NCBI GenBank assembly: GCA_965238005.1
Contig: OZ250165.1
Coordinates: 896,001 to 960,000 of the forward strand
Length of the DNA stretch: 64,000 bases
Source: Longimicrobiales bacterium
GTDB taxonomy: Bacteria; Gemmatimonadota; Gemmatimonadetes; Longimicrobiales; Gaopeijiaceae
Direction: 5' to 3'
This document shows, piece after piece, positions 8,605-18,677 of the stretch (position 1 is the first letter of the stretch; each line of letters starts with the position of its first letter). Below the pieces are notes generated by a model. That model was not told the DNA's origin. It did no database searches and saw nothing but the letters and a program-made list of their open reading frames with translations. The position numbers and the translations under genes were made by a program.

Positions 8605-10857
8605 TCACCTCGGTCCCGACGGCAGATACGTCAAAAAGTGCCGCGCCATGAGCATGCGGACGTGCAGCGACGTGCCCTCCCCTTCGGAGATGCCGTGATT
8701 GCGATTCGGGTAGGTCATGTAATCGAACGTTTTTCCCAGCTCGACCAGCCGGTTGACGAGGAGCTCAACCCCTTGGAACAAGCAGTTCGTTTCTCCGGTG
8801 CCATGGATGATTAAGAGATGCCCGCGTAGTCCTTCCGCATAGTTGATCGGCGAGCTCAGTCGGTATCCTTCGGGATTCTCGGCGGGTGTGCCTAGATAGG
8901 TTCGTTGCCAGCCGTCATAGTACGTCTCGGGAACCGGCTTGGACGCGACGGCGACCCCGACCTTGAATAGGTCTCCCTGCCGGAACAGCGCGTTGAGCGT
9001 ATTCGATCCGCCGCCGCTCCAGCCCCAGATGCCGACCCGGGTCGAATCCACATACGGCCTCATTTGCGCCAGCCGCCGTATCCCTGCCGCCTGGTCTTGT
9101 ACCGCAAGTGGGCCCATCTCGCGAGCCCCCGCTCGTCGCCACGCGGTTCCCTTCGGCGCCGGCGTCCCACGATTGTCGATCGACATCACGAGGTAGCCAG
9201 CGTCGGCCATCGCCCGGTGGAACATCGGGCCCCCGCTGATGTTCCACGCATCTTCGACGGTGGTCCCCCCGTTCTCGCCGTAGATGTACACGATCACGGG
9301 ATACTTCTTCGTGGGGTCGAAATCACGCGGTTTGATCAGCCACGCGTCCATGACCACTCCGCCGCCGATGTCCAGCTTGAGGAATTCGGTCGGGCGAGGA
9401 ATCCAGGTCCTCCGTTTTTCTCGCAGCTCGGCGTTGGATTCAAGTACGCGTACTAGGCGATGCGACGGGAGCTCCACGAGCTCCGTCACGGGCGGTGAGT
9501 CGATCGTCGAGTAGGTGTGAAAGGCCCAGCGCCCGTCCGAAGAAAGCCGGTAGGAGTGCTGTCCCGGCTGATCCGCGGGAGTGACTCGATCCGCCTCTCC
9601 CGTTCCATCCGGCCGGACCTTATACAGATAGTTCTGTGTCGCATTATCGGGTGACGCAGAAAAATACAACCACTCGCCTTTCTGATCGCTCATGGGTTGC
9701 AAGTGGTCGTACGCTCCCCTCGTCAAGCGCGTCTCCTTCCCGTCACGCGAGATGGAGTAGATGTGGCTCCAACCATCCCGGTCCATGTCCACGTACATCC
9801 GGTCGCCGCGGATGACCGGTCGCTGGCGGCGGCCCCAGGGGGCCTCCTGGCGGTAGAGCCGCCTGACGGTCCCCGAGGCCGCGTTCGCGAGAAGAATGTC
9901 TCGCACGACGCTCCCGCGACTGTCCTGAACGATCATGACATGCTTCGAATCGTCCTCCCAGGACCATTCGAAGTTCCAACCCTCGGCTCCGTCCGAGTAC
10001 TCAGGGAGGGACAGCCAGCGGGTCTCGCCGCCCGTCGCGCTCACTATGCCCAGCCGATACGAACCGCCCGGCGCTCCCACACGGCTGTAATACACATAGC
10101 GAACCGTCGGAACGGCCGAGTCTGTATTGTTGAGAAGGGGGATCCTGGGCACTTTGCTGATGTCCGACTGAAGGTATGCGATCTGCTGACCGTCCGGGCT
10201 CCACCGCACACCGGGGGCTTGAGAAGCGCCTTGGACAACCACGAACACCCGCATTCCGTAGAATTTCAGAGAGTCGGCTTTGCCGTCCCTCGTGATCCGC
10301 GTAATCACTTTGGTTCGGACATCCTCTACGACTAGATCCGCGTCGCGCACGTAGGCCACGCGCTGGCCATCGGGTGAGAGGGTGGCGCTCGCCGACCACA
10401 CGCCGGAGGCCACCTGCCGGAGTGAACCTGTCGTGCGATCGAGCAACCAGAGATCGGCGAGGTCGATAGGACGGCCGACGACTGGGCGAGTGTTGGTCTT
10501 GAAGAGCACCCGCTCGGCGTTCTTCGACAGCTCGTACTGCCTGACTTCCAGCGGCTTTGAAGCACCCGGCGGCGTCACCTGCGCGATCGAGACGAAGACG
10601 GTGCGGTTGCCGCTGGAAGGCTCATAATGCACGATCTCCTGGCCAGTGCCTGATGCCGCCGGCTCTAGCACGAGGTAGCCAGAGCCGTCGGGCAACCAAT
10701 TGGCTCGAAAGCCTTTGGCTGTGAACTCGTTCTTCTCGTAGATCGCTCGCAAACGTGCCTCGAGTTCGGCGGGAACCTGTGCCGGAGCGGGCACGGCCGC
10801 CGAAACGAGGAGGAGGTAGGAGAGCAAGGGAGCTCTTGGGAAGCTCGAGGTGATCAT
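8605..10857 (-). CDS. S9B/DPP-IV-like serine hydrolase, duplicate copy A (750 aa)
   Basis: GGAGG RBS before ATG 10857, signal peptide, DPP-IV propeller, GWSGGG, HGTGETN, YPNRNH. Confidence 0.92.
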   Translation of the reverse strand: MITSSFPRAPLLSYLLLVSAAVPAPAQVPAELEARLRAIYEKNEFTAKGFRANWLPDGSGYLVLEPAASGTGQEIVHYEPSSGNRTVFVSIAQVTPPGASKPLEVRQYELSKNAERVLFKTNTRPVVGRPIDLADLWLLDRTTGSLRQVASGVWSASATLSPDGQRVAYVRDADLVVEDVRTKVITRITRDGKADSLKFYGMRVFVVVQGASQAPGVRWSPDGQQIAYLQSDISKVPRIPLLNNTDSAVPTVRYVYYSRVGAPGGSYRLGIVSATGGETRWLSLPEYSDGAEGWNFEWSWEDDSKHVMIVQDSRGSVVRDILLANAASGTVRRLYRQEAPWGRRQRPVIRGDRMYVDMDRDGWSHIYSISRDGKETRLTRGAYDHLQPMSDQKGEWLYFSASPDNATQNYLYKVRPDGTGEADRVTPADQPGQHSYRLSSDGRWAFHTYSTIDSPPVTELVELPSHRLVRVLESNAELREKRRTWIPRPTEFLKLDIGGGVVMDAWLIKPRDFDPTKKYPVIVYIYGENGGTTVEDAWNISGGPMFHRAMADAGYLVMSIDNRGTPAPKGTAWRRAGAREMGPLAVQDQAAGIRRLAQMRPYVDSTRVGIWGWSGGGSNTLNALFRQGDLFKVGVAVASKPVPETYYDGWQRTYLGTPAENPEGYRLSSPINYAEGLRGHLLIIHGTGETNCLFQGVELLVNRLVELGKTFDYMTYPNRNHGISEGEGTSLHVRMLMARHFLTYLPSGPR

Positions 10858-11012
10858 GACATAGCCTCCGGCAATTGCCTCGCGGATCACTGTCCGCCAG
10901 AAGGGAGATGTTCGAGGAAGTACCGCGCGATGAGTCGGCGTACGTGGGGGGTGGACCCGGGGCCTTCCCTCAGCCCCAGGGTGGAGTGTGGCCGGGCTGG
11001 GGTTCGTGTCAT

Positions 11013-13262
11013 TCACCTCGGTCCCGACGGCAGATACGTCAAAAAGTGCCGCGCCATGCGCATGCGGACGTGCAGCGACGTGCCCTCCCCTTCGGAGATG
11101 CCGTGATTGCGATTCGGGTAGGTCATGTAATCGAACGTTTTTCCCAGCTCGACCAGCCGGTTGACGAGGAGCTCAACCCCTTGGAACAAGCAGTTCGTGT
11201 CTCCGGTGCCATGGATGATTAGGAGATGCCCGCGCAGTCCTTCCGCATAGTTGATCGGCGAGCTCAGTCGGTATCCTTCGGGATTCTCGGCGGGTGTGCC
11301 TAGATAGGTTCGTTGCCAGCTGTCATAGTACGTCCTGGGAACCGGCTTGGACGCGACGGCGACCCCGACCTTGAATAGGTCTCCCTGCCGGAACAGCGCG
11401 TTGAGCGTATTCGATCCGCCGCCGCTCCAGCCCCAGATGCCGACCCGGGTCGAATCCACATACGGCCTCATTTGCGCCAGCCGCCGTATCCCTGCCGCCT
11501 GGTCTTGTACCGCAAGTGGGCCCATCTCGCGAGCCCCCGCTCGTCGCCACGCGGTTCCCTTCGGCGCCGGCGTCCCACGATTGTCGATCGACATCACGAG
11601 GTAGCCAGCGTCGGCCATCGCCCGGTGGAACATCGGGCCCCCGCTGATGTTCCACGCATCTTCGACGGTGGTCCCCCCGTTCTCGCCGTAGATGTACACG
11701 ATCACGGGATACTTCTTCGTGGGGTCGAAATCACGCGGTTTGATCAGCCACGCGTCCATGACCACTCCGCCGCCGATGTCCAGCTTGAGGAATTCGGTCG
11801 GGCGAGGAATCCAGGTCCTCCGTTTTTCTCGCAGCTCGGCGTTGGATTCAAGTACGCGTACTAGGCGATGCGACGGGAGCTCCACGAGCTCCGTCACGGG
11901 CGGTGAGTCGATCGTCGAGTAGGTGTGAAAGGCCCAGCGCCCGTCCGAAGAAAGCCGGTAGGAGTGCTGTCCCGGCTGATCCGCGGGAGTGACTCGATCC
12001 GCCTCTCCCGTTCCATCCGGCCGGACCTTATACAGATAGTTCTGTGTCGCATTATCGGGTGACGCAGAAAAATACAACCACTCGCCTTTCTGATCGCTCA
12101 TGGGTTGCAAGTGGTCGTACGCTCCCTTCGTCAAGCGCGTCTCCTTCCCGTCACGCGAGATGGAGTAGATGTGGCTCCAACCATCCCGGTCCATGTCCAC
12201 GTACATCCGGTCGCCGCGGATGACCGGTCGCTGGCCGCGGCCCCAGGGGGCCTCCTGGCGGTAGAGTCGCCTGACGGTCCCCGTGGCCGCGTTCGCGAGA
12301 AGAATGTCTCGCACGACGCTCCCGCGACTGTCCTGAACGATCATGAGATGCTTCGAATCGTCCTCCCAGGACCATCCGAAGCTATAACCGGTGACTCCGT
12401 CCGAGTACTCAGGGAGGGACAGCCAGCGGGTCTCGCCGCCCGTCGCGCTCACTATGCCCAGCCGATACGACTCGCCGGGCGCTCCCACACGGCTGTAATA
12501 CACATAGCGAACCGTCGGAACGGCCGAGTCTGTATTGTTGAGAAGGGGGATCCTGGGCACTTTGCTGATGTCCGACTGAACGTATGCGATCTGCTGACCG
12601 TCCGGGCTCCACCGCACACCGGGGGCTTGAGAAGCGCCTTCGCCCACGAACACCCGCATTCCGTAGAATTTCAGAGAGTCGGCCTGACCGTCCCTCGTGA
12701 TCCGCGTAGTCACCTCGGTTCGGACATCCTCTACGACTAGATCCGCGTCGCGCACGTAGGCCACGCGCTGGCCATCGGGTGAGAGGGTGGCGCTCGCTGA
12801 CCACACGCCGGAGGCCACCTGCCGGAGTGAACCTGTCGTGCGATCGAGCAACCAGAGATCGGCGAGGTCGATAGGACGGCCGACGACCGGGCGAGTGTTG
12901 GTCTTGAAAAGCACCCGCTCGGCGTTCTTCGACAGCTCGTACTGCCTGACTTCCAGCGGCTTTGAAGCACCCGGCGGCGTCACCTGCGCGATCGAGACGA
13001 AGACGGTGCGGTTGCCGCTGGAAGGCTCATAATGCACGATCTCCTGGCCAGTGCCTGATGCCGCCGGCTCTAGCACGAGGTAGCCAGAGCCGTTGGGCAA
13101 CCAATTGGCTCGAAAGCCTTTGGCTGTGAACTCGTTCTTCTCGTAGATCGCTCGCAAACGTGCCTCGAGTTCGGCGGGAACCTGTGCCGGAGCGGGCACG
13201 GCCGCCGAAACGAGGAGGAGGTAGGAGAGCAGGGGAGCTCTTGGGAAGCTCGAGGTGATCAT
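11013..13262 (-). CDS. S9B/DPP-IV-like serine hydrolase, duplicate copy B (749 aa)
   Basis: GGAGG RBS before ATG 13262, GWSGGG, HGTGDTN, YPNRNH. Confidence 0.92.
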   Translation of the reverse strand: MITSSFPRAPLLSYLLLVSAAVPAPAQVPAELEARLRAIYEKNEFTAKGFRANWLPNGSGYLVLEPAASGTGQEIVHYEPSSGNRTVFVSIAQVTPPGASKPLEVRQYELSKNAERVLFKTNTRPVVGRPIDLADLWLLDRTTGSLRQVASGVWSASATLSPDGQRVAYVRDADLVVEDVRTEVTTRITRDGQADSLKFYGMRVFVGEGASQAPGVRWSPDGQQIAYVQSDISKVPRIPLLNNTDSAVPTVRYVYYSRVGAPGESYRLGIVSATGGETRWLSLPEYSDGVTGYSFGWSWEDDSKHLMIVQDSRGSVVRDILLANAATGTVRRLYRQEAPWGRGQRPVIRGDRMYVDMDRDGWSHIYSISRDGKETRLTKGAYDHLQPMSDQKGEWLYFSASPDNATQNYLYKVRPDGTGEADRVTPADQPGQHSYRLSSDGRWAFHTYSTIDSPPVTELVELPSHRLVRVLESNAELREKRRTWIPRPTEFLKLDIGGGVVMDAWLIKPRDFDPTKKYPVIVYIYGENGGTTVEDAWNISGGPMFHRAMADAGYLVMSIDNRGTPAPKGTAWRRAGAREMGPLAVQDQAAGIRRLAQMRPYVDSTRVGIWGWSGGGSNTLNALFRQGDLFKVGVAVASKPVPRTYYDSWQRTYLGTPAENPEGYRLSSPINYAEGLRGHLLIIHGTGDTNCLFQGVELLVNRLVELGKTFDYMTYPNRNHGISEGEGTSLHVRMRMARHFLTYLPSGPR

Positions 13263-13291
13263 GACATAGCCTCCGGCAATCGCTTCGCGGA

Positions 13292-15586
13292 TCACTGTCC
13301 GCCAGGAGGGAGATGTTCGAGGAAGTACCGCGCGATGAGTCGGCGTACGTGGGGGGTGGACCCGGGGCCTTCCCTCAGCCCATGGTTGCGATCGGGGTAC
13401 ACCATGTAGTCGAACGGCTTGCCGAGCTCGACCAGACGATTTACCAGATGCTCGACGTGCTGGAGATGGGTATTCGTCTCTCCCGAGCCGTGCATGATGA
13501 GTAGGCGCCCCTTCAACCCCTCGGCGAAATTAAGGGGGTCCGCCAGGCGGTAGCCCTCGGGATTATCCTCCCGGGTCCTCATGTACCGTTCCTGGAACCC
13601 TGCACTGTACAGATCGGGCCGCGGCTTCGGGGCGACCGCGACGCCCACGTGATACTGGTCCGGCTTGCGAAAGAGTGCGTTCAACGTGTTGGTCCCGCCC
13701 GCGCTCCAGCCCCAGATCCCCACCCGCGAGAGGTCGACGTACGGCCGCGTGCGCCCCAGCTCGCGCAGGCCGGCCGCCTGCTCTTCGGTCGACAGCGGCC
13801 CCATGCTGGGGAAGATAGCCCGGCGCCAGGCCGCACCCTTGGGCGCCGGCGTACCCTGGTTGTCCCACGACACCACCAGATACCCCTCGTCCGCGATTGC
13901 CTGATGGAAGAGGTGATTGCCCTGCTGGGCACCCCAAGCGTTCTCCACCACGGCGTCCGCCGGCTCGGCGTAGATGAAGACGATCACAGGGTATTTCTTG
14001 CCCGCATCGAAGTCCCGGGGCTTGATCATCAGCGCGTCCATCACGATACCGTTGCCGATGTCCAGCGTGAAGAACTCGGTCGGGTTTATGAACCACGCTT
14101 TCATCTTCTCGCGAAGCGCCGCATTGTCCTCCAGCACGCGCACGACGCGGTGGGAGGGGAGCTCGACGAGGTCGGTCACCGGCGGCGTGTCGAAGGTCGA
14201 ATAGCTATGGAAGGCGTACCGACCGTTGGGCGACGGAACATACTGGTGGAACCCCGAGGCCGTCGCCGGCGTCACCCGTTCGGCCTTTCCGCTGCCGTCC
14301 AACGGGACGCGATAGAGATGGGACTCAGTGGCATTGTCGGGCGAGGCGTGATAGTAGAACCAGCCTCCCGTCTCGTCGACCATGCCGATGGGACGCCCGC
14401 GGCCGGCGGTTTGGATATCGTGCGGCCCGGGCGTCAGCAGCGTCTGCGTCTTGCCGTCACGCGACAGGAGAAATGCGTGCCGCCAGCCGTCTCGCTCGCT
14501 GATCAGCAGGAACCTCTTGCCATCGCGTAGCGGCTCGAGCGTGAGACGCACCCACGCCGAGTCGCTTTCGTGGTACATCGGGGTGACCGCACTGGTCCGT
14601 ACGTTCACGTAGAAAGCGCTGAACACGTCCCGTCCCCGAGATTGCTGCTCCAGCAGCAGCTCGTCGGAACTACCTGCCCAACTCGCGCTGAGGTAATACG
14701 TACCCGGTTTTCCCGGAACGGCGATCCACTGGGTCGGGCCGCCATCCGCGTTCACCACGCCCACCCGTGTCGTCGCGATTGGGGTGCCCACCTTGGCGTA
14801 ACGGGTGTCTCTCACCACCGGATACGTTGCCTCAGTAAATTTGACGATCGGGAACCTCCCGACGCTCCGTTGGTCTCGCTGCGTGTAAGCGACCTTCTGC
14901 CCGTCAGGACTCCAGTAACCAGTATTCGTGACGCTATCCGGTAGCGCATCCCGCGTGAGCACCACGTGTCGCTCAGTGTCGAGATCGTACACGTACAGGT
15001 TGCCCCCCCTCACGTAGAGGAGGTGCCGCCCATCGGGGGAAAGACCCCCCGACAGATCCCCAGACCCGCTACACGACTCGGCGTCGGAGACGAGCTTCCG
15101 AAGGGTGTGTGCCCTGCGGTCCAGCAGCCAGCAATCGCCCCCAGTGCCACCCCCGGGCAGCGGGCGGGTGTTCGAACGAAAGAGCATGCGCCCTCCGTCG
15201 GCCGAGAGGGCATAATCTTCGATGGTGAGCGGCTGGGAGGTACCCGCCGGCACAAGATCCGAAGCCGACACGAGTGTGCTGCGCTCTCCCGTCGCGGCAT
15301 CGTACTGCACTAGCTCTCTTGACCGGTCTGCGCCGAGCTCGAGGGCCAGGTAACCGGAGCCATCTGGGAGCCACCGCAAGTCAACCAAACGCCCCCGAGG
15401 CATGATCTGTTCGGCCTCGAGCTCATTCGTCGTATAAAGGGAATGGATCCGCGCTTCCAACGCCGCCGGCAGCTCCGCGCTACGCACGGCCTGCCGCGTG
15501 GCGGCGTCTGGCCCGCAACCAGCAACGACAGCACACAGCGCCAGCGTGGTCACGGTCACCGTGGACTTGTGGACATCGGTGGTCAT
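13292..15586 (-). CDS. S9B/DPP-IV-like serine hydrolase C, predicted lipoprotein
   Basis: GGAGG RBS before ATG 15586, lipobox VAGC, GWSAGG, HGSGETN, YPDRNH. Confidence 0.9.
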   Translation of the reverse strand: MTTDVHKSTVTVTTLALCAVVAGCGPDAATRQAVRSAELPAALEARIHSLYTTNELEAEQIMPRGRLVDLRWLPDGSGYLALELGADRSRELVQYDAATGERSTLVSASDLVPAGTSQPLTIEDYALSADGGRMLFRSNTRPLPGGGTGGDCWLLDRRAHTLRKLVSDAESCSGSGDLSGGLSPDGRHLLYVRGGNLYVYDLDTERHVVLTRDALPDSVTNTGYWSPDGQKVAYTQRDQRSVGRFPIVKFTEATYPVVRDTRYAKVGTPIATTRVGVVNADGGPTQWIAVPGKPGTYYLSASWAGSSDELLLEQQSRGRDVFSAFYVNVRTSAVTPMYHESDSAWVRLTLEPLRDGKRFLLISERDGWRHAFLLSRDGKTQTLLTPGPHDIQTAGRGRPIGMVDETGGWFYYHASPDNATESHLYRVPLDGSGKAERVTPATASGFHQYVPSPNGRYAFHSYSTFDTPPVTDLVELPSHRVVRVLEDNAALREKMKAWFINPTEFFTLDIGNGIVMDALMIKPRDFDAGKKYPVIVFIYAEPADAVVENAWGAQQGNHLFHQAIADEGYLVVSWDNQGTPAPKGAAWRRAIFPSMGPLSTEEQAAGLRELGRTRPYVDLSRVGIWGWSAGGTNTLNALFRKPDQYHVGVAVAPKPRPDLYSAGFQERYMRTREDNPEGYRLADPLNFAEGLKGRLLIMHGSGETNTHLQHVEHLVNRLVELGKPFDYMVYPDRNHGLREGPGSTPHVRRLIARYFLEHLPPGGQ

Positions 15587-15816
15587 CTCGCCTCCAGAGA
15601 AATTGGTCTCCTGGATATGCGCCCCGAAATCTGAACCGGTTTCGGGGCCGCTCCTCATAGTGACACGTCATCTGCGCATCCGCCACCCGGCCGAGCTCCA
15701 GGAGGTCCTGAGCCTCCAGTAGCAAGGAGCGATTCTCCACATTGAAGCGGGCCCGGAAGGACTCACTACGAAATCTGGGGCGGCGGACGAGCTCTTGGTG
15801 GAGCCGGGTCAAGAGG

Positions 15817-16040
15817 TCACCCGCGGTCCCGATGGTGCCCCCAGGTGAGGCGGGTCCTCTCCTTGGTCTCCGTATCCACGGCCTAGATGGATCCGTGCTA
15901 GGCGTTGGCCTCCCGATCCATACGGGTCACCACGAAGGCCACCCGTCGTCCATCGGGATGGATCTGGGGCTCCCGAACCTCTTGGATTGCGAACAGATTC
16001 TCCGGCCTGACGGCGACGGAACTGCCCGGTCCAGATTCCG
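15817..16040 (-). pseudogene. N-terminal remnant of an S9C/acylaminoacyl-peptidase-like gene
   Basis: Reads VRPENLFAIQEVREPQIHPDGRRVAFVVTRMDREANA*HGSI*AVDTETKERTRLTWG. In-frame TAGs at 15898-15900 and 15883-15885 fall where Y and W are expected; homology then stops. Confidence 0.7.
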
Positions 16041-16101
16041 GCTGCAACGCCTTGAGCTATGGCTACCATGTAGAGTGGAACGTACGCGATCCGAGAGCGA
16101 T

Positions 16102-16125
16102 CCTTCCTTTGCACCTTCCTTTGCA
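16102..16125. repeat. Perfect 12-bp tandem repeat (ccttcctttgca x2) in the divergent intergenic region
   Basis: Directly visible in the sequence. Confidence 0.8.
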
Positions 16126-16263
16126 TCCAATTGCGTTCCCGTTCGGTCGAGGCGATTCTTGAGATCCATGGGTCTCGATTTCGGATGGCGCGCTCTCCAT
16201 AAACGGCGATGAGTGACAGAATTCGGGCACCTTCAAGGATCTCTGAGGCTCGAGGGGAGAACG

Positions 16264-18648
16264 ATGAATCGAAACAAGAGTTCCTGGTGGACCTGGCTCG
16301 CCATGGCATTCGTGCTCGTTCCCGTAGCGGCGGGAGCGCAGGGGACGCGCGCCGACTACCAGCGCGCCGAGCAGTTCCTGTCGCCGAACGTCGACGAGCT
16401 GGTGCTGAACGAGAGCGTCAATCCGGAATGGATCGGCGAGAGCGATCGGTTCTGGTACCGACGGCAGCTGCCTGACGGCAAGCTATTCCTCGTCGTCGAC
16501 GCCGATCGCGCGACCCGAGAGCCCGCATTCGATCACGGGCGACTGGCGAGCGCCCTGTCGCAGGCCACCGGCACAACGTTCGAGGCCGACAACTTGCCCT
16601 TCGAGACGTTCGAGCTCGGCGAGGAAGTTCGGCTGGGCGGCGACGCCCGCGGCTCGATCGAGCTGACGGCTGACGAGCTTGCGTACCGCTGCGATCTACA
16701 GAGCTACGCCTGCGAGCCAGCCGAAGGACGGCGCGGGGAACGCGGCGGCGGACGGGGCGGAGCCGGCTTCGGCGGCCAACCAAGACTCGACCGCCCCTCC
16801 CCCGACGGCAAGTGGGTGGCATTCCACCGCGATCACAACCTCTGGGTCCGCTCCACCGAGTCGGGAGAAGAGATCCAACTCAGCGACGACGGCGAGGCGG
16901 CCAACGACTACATGGAGTCGCTGCCGTCGCCGCGCAACATGGTGGCGGCACAGACCGAGCACGTCGAGATGCCGGTCGCGGCGACCTGGTCGCCGGACTC
17001 CCGCAAGATCATCTCGTACCGGCTCGACCGCCGTTCGGCGCGGACCTTCACGGTGGTCCAAGCGGTGCCAGAGAACCAGGTGAGGCCGATCTCCTACACC
17101 TACCACTACGCCCTGCCGGGCGAGGTGGGCATCACCCACGCCGAGCCGGTCGTCTTCGACGTCTACAAGAGGATCAAGGTCGCGGTCGAGACGCCGCCAG
17201 TCGACCTCCTCTACTACCCGCTGCTGCTCGATGACCGCGAAGGCCCGCGCTTCACCTGGTTCGAAGACGGCGAGCGCTTCTATTTCCGACGCCAGGAGCG
17301 CGGCTACCAGATGAGCGAGATCGTTGAGGTCGATGCGGCGACGGGGAAGACGCGCGCCCTCGTTCACGAGCGGCTCGAGCCACACATCAATAGCTGGAGC
17401 CACGTCTGGCGCGTGCTCGGCGACGGCGCCGAGGTGCTGTGGTCCTCCGAACGCGACGGCTGGAACCACCTCTACCTCTACGACGGCGTGACGGGAGAGG
17501 TGAAGCGGCAGCTGACGAGCGGCAAGTGGGTCGTCCGGGATCTGGCCCGCGTCGACGAGGAGTCTCGCGCTGTCTACTTCATGGCCGGCGGCCGCGAGGC
17601 CGGCCGCGATCCCTATCTCCGGCACCTTTACCGGGTAGGCATGGACGGCGGCGAGGTCACCCTTCTGACCCCGGAGAACGCCGAGCACGCGGTAGACTTC
17701 TCGTTCAGCGGGCGCTTTTTCGTCGACACCTACTCGCGCGCCGACACCGTGCCCGTCTCGGTGCTGCGCCGCAGCGACGACGGCGAGGTCGTCATGGAGC
17801 TCGAGAAGGCCGACATCGAGCGCCTCCTGGCGACCGGGTGGAAGTGGCCGGAGCCCTTCAAGGGGAAGGCGCGTGACGGGCAAACCGACATCTACGGCAT
17901 CATCTGGCGGCCGTCGAACCTCGATCCGTCCCAGAAGTACCCCGTTGTCGAGCTGATCTACACCGGTCCGCACGGCTCCTTCGTGCCCAAGACCTTCCGC
18001 GCGTACCGCAACATGTCGCAGGCGATCGCCGAACTGGGCTTCATCTCGGTTCAAATCGACGGCCTGGGCACGAACCATCGAGGGAAGGAGTTCGGCGACT
18101 TCTCCTACGAGAACCTCGGCGACAGCGGCATCCCCGACCACATCGCTCTGATGCGACGGATGGCCGAGGAATATCCCTACATCGACCTCGACCGAGTCGG
18201 CATCTGGGGCGGTTCGGCCGGCGGCTACGGCTCGACGCACGCCATCTTGATGCATCCGGACTTCTACAAGGTCGCGGTCTCGACCTCCGGCAATCACGAC
18301 CACCGGATGGACAAGGCGAGCTGGAACGAGATGTGGATGGGGTTCCCGCTCGGCGACCACTACATCCAGCAGAGCAACGTAACCAACGCCCACAGGCTCG
18401 AGGGCAAGCTGTTCCTGGCCCACGGCGAGCTCGACGACAACGTGCCGGTCTCGTCGACCCTGCAGGTCGTCGATGCCCTCATCAAGGCGAACAAGGACTT
18501 CGACCTGCTGATCATGCCGGGTCGCTTCCACGGCCTGGGCGGCCCGTACTTCGACCGCAAGCGTTGGGACTATTTCGTCGAGCACCTGCTCGGGGTCGAG
18601 CCGCCCGCCGGATACGAGATCGGCGCCGGCAACGGCGCCTCGCGGTGA
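16264..18648 (+). CDS. S9B/DPP-IV-like serine hydrolase D
   Basis: GAGGGGAG RBS, signal peptide (AGA-Q), YTGP, GGSAGG, HGELDDNV, PGRFH. Confidence 0.92.
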   Translation: MNRNKSSWWTWLAMAFVLVPVAAGAQGTRADYQRAEQFLSPNVDELVLNESVNPEWIGESDRFWYRRQLPDGKLFLVVDADRATREPAFDHGRLASALSQATGTTFEADNLPFETFELGEEVRLGGDARGSIELTADELAYRCDLQSYACEPAEGRRGERGGGRGGAGFGGQPRLDRPSPDGKWVAFHRDHNLWVRSTESGEEIQLSDDGEAANDYMESLPSPRNMVAAQTEHVEMPVAATWSPDSRKIISYRLDRRSARTFTVVQAVPENQVRPISYTYHYALPGEVGITHAEPVVFDVYKRIKVAVETPPVDLLYYPLLLDDREGPRFTWFEDGERFYFRRQERGYQMSEIVEVDAATGKTRALVHERLEPHINSWSHVWRVLGDGAEVLWSSERDGWNHLYLYDGVTGEVKRQLTSGKWVVRDLARVDEESRAVYFMAGGREAGRDPYLRHLYRVGMDGGEVTLLTPENAEHAVDFSFSGRFFVDTYSRADTVPVSVLRRSDDGEVVMELEKADIERLLATGWKWPEPFKGKARDGQTDIYGIIWRPSNLDPSQKYPVVELIYTGPHGSFVPKTFRAYRNMSQAIAELGFISVQIDGLGTNHRGKEFGDFSYENLGDSGIPDHIALMRRMAEEYPYIDLDRVGIWGGSAGGYGSTHAILMHPDFYKVAVSTSGNHDHRMDKASWNEMWMGFPLGDHYIQQSNVTNAHRLEGKLFLAHGELDDNVPVSSTLQVVDALIKANKDFDLLIMPGRFHGLGGPYFDRKRWDYFVEHLLGVEPPAGYEIGAGNGASR

Positions 18649-18677
18649 GCCCTCGTTGCGGCCTTGGGTTCAGCACG

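Larger units (their letters stand above)
8568..13381. repeat. Direct tandem duplication, two ~2.41 kb units (about 8568-10975 and 10974-13381)
   Basis: Near-identical sequence at offset 2405-2408. The unit is the last ~90 bp of the upstream S9 gene, a full S9 gene and ~37 bp downstream. Junction cagc-cc-cagg near 10975. Confidence 0.97.

Noticed and set aside
10858..11016. 53-aa N-terminal extension of S9 copy A from GTG 11016
   Set aside because: It is made of duplicated junction sequence. The RBS and signal peptide point to ATG 10857, matching copy B.
8568..13381. Diversity-generating retroelement (TR/VR pair) explaining the S9 copy differences
   Set aside because: Differences are not adenine-restricted, both copies are full genes, and there is no reverse transcriptase in the window.
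15883..15900. TAG recoding (pyrrolysine or alternative code) in the S9 fragment
   Set aside because: Many intact genes here end at TAG, and the fragment is truncated anyway.
16696..18585. Long antisense ORFs (also 6968-8698, 33171-34595, 38172-39614, 53865-55208, 59431-60600)
   Set aside because: Shadow ORFs opposite well-supported genes, expected from high-GC codon bias, with no recognisable motifs.
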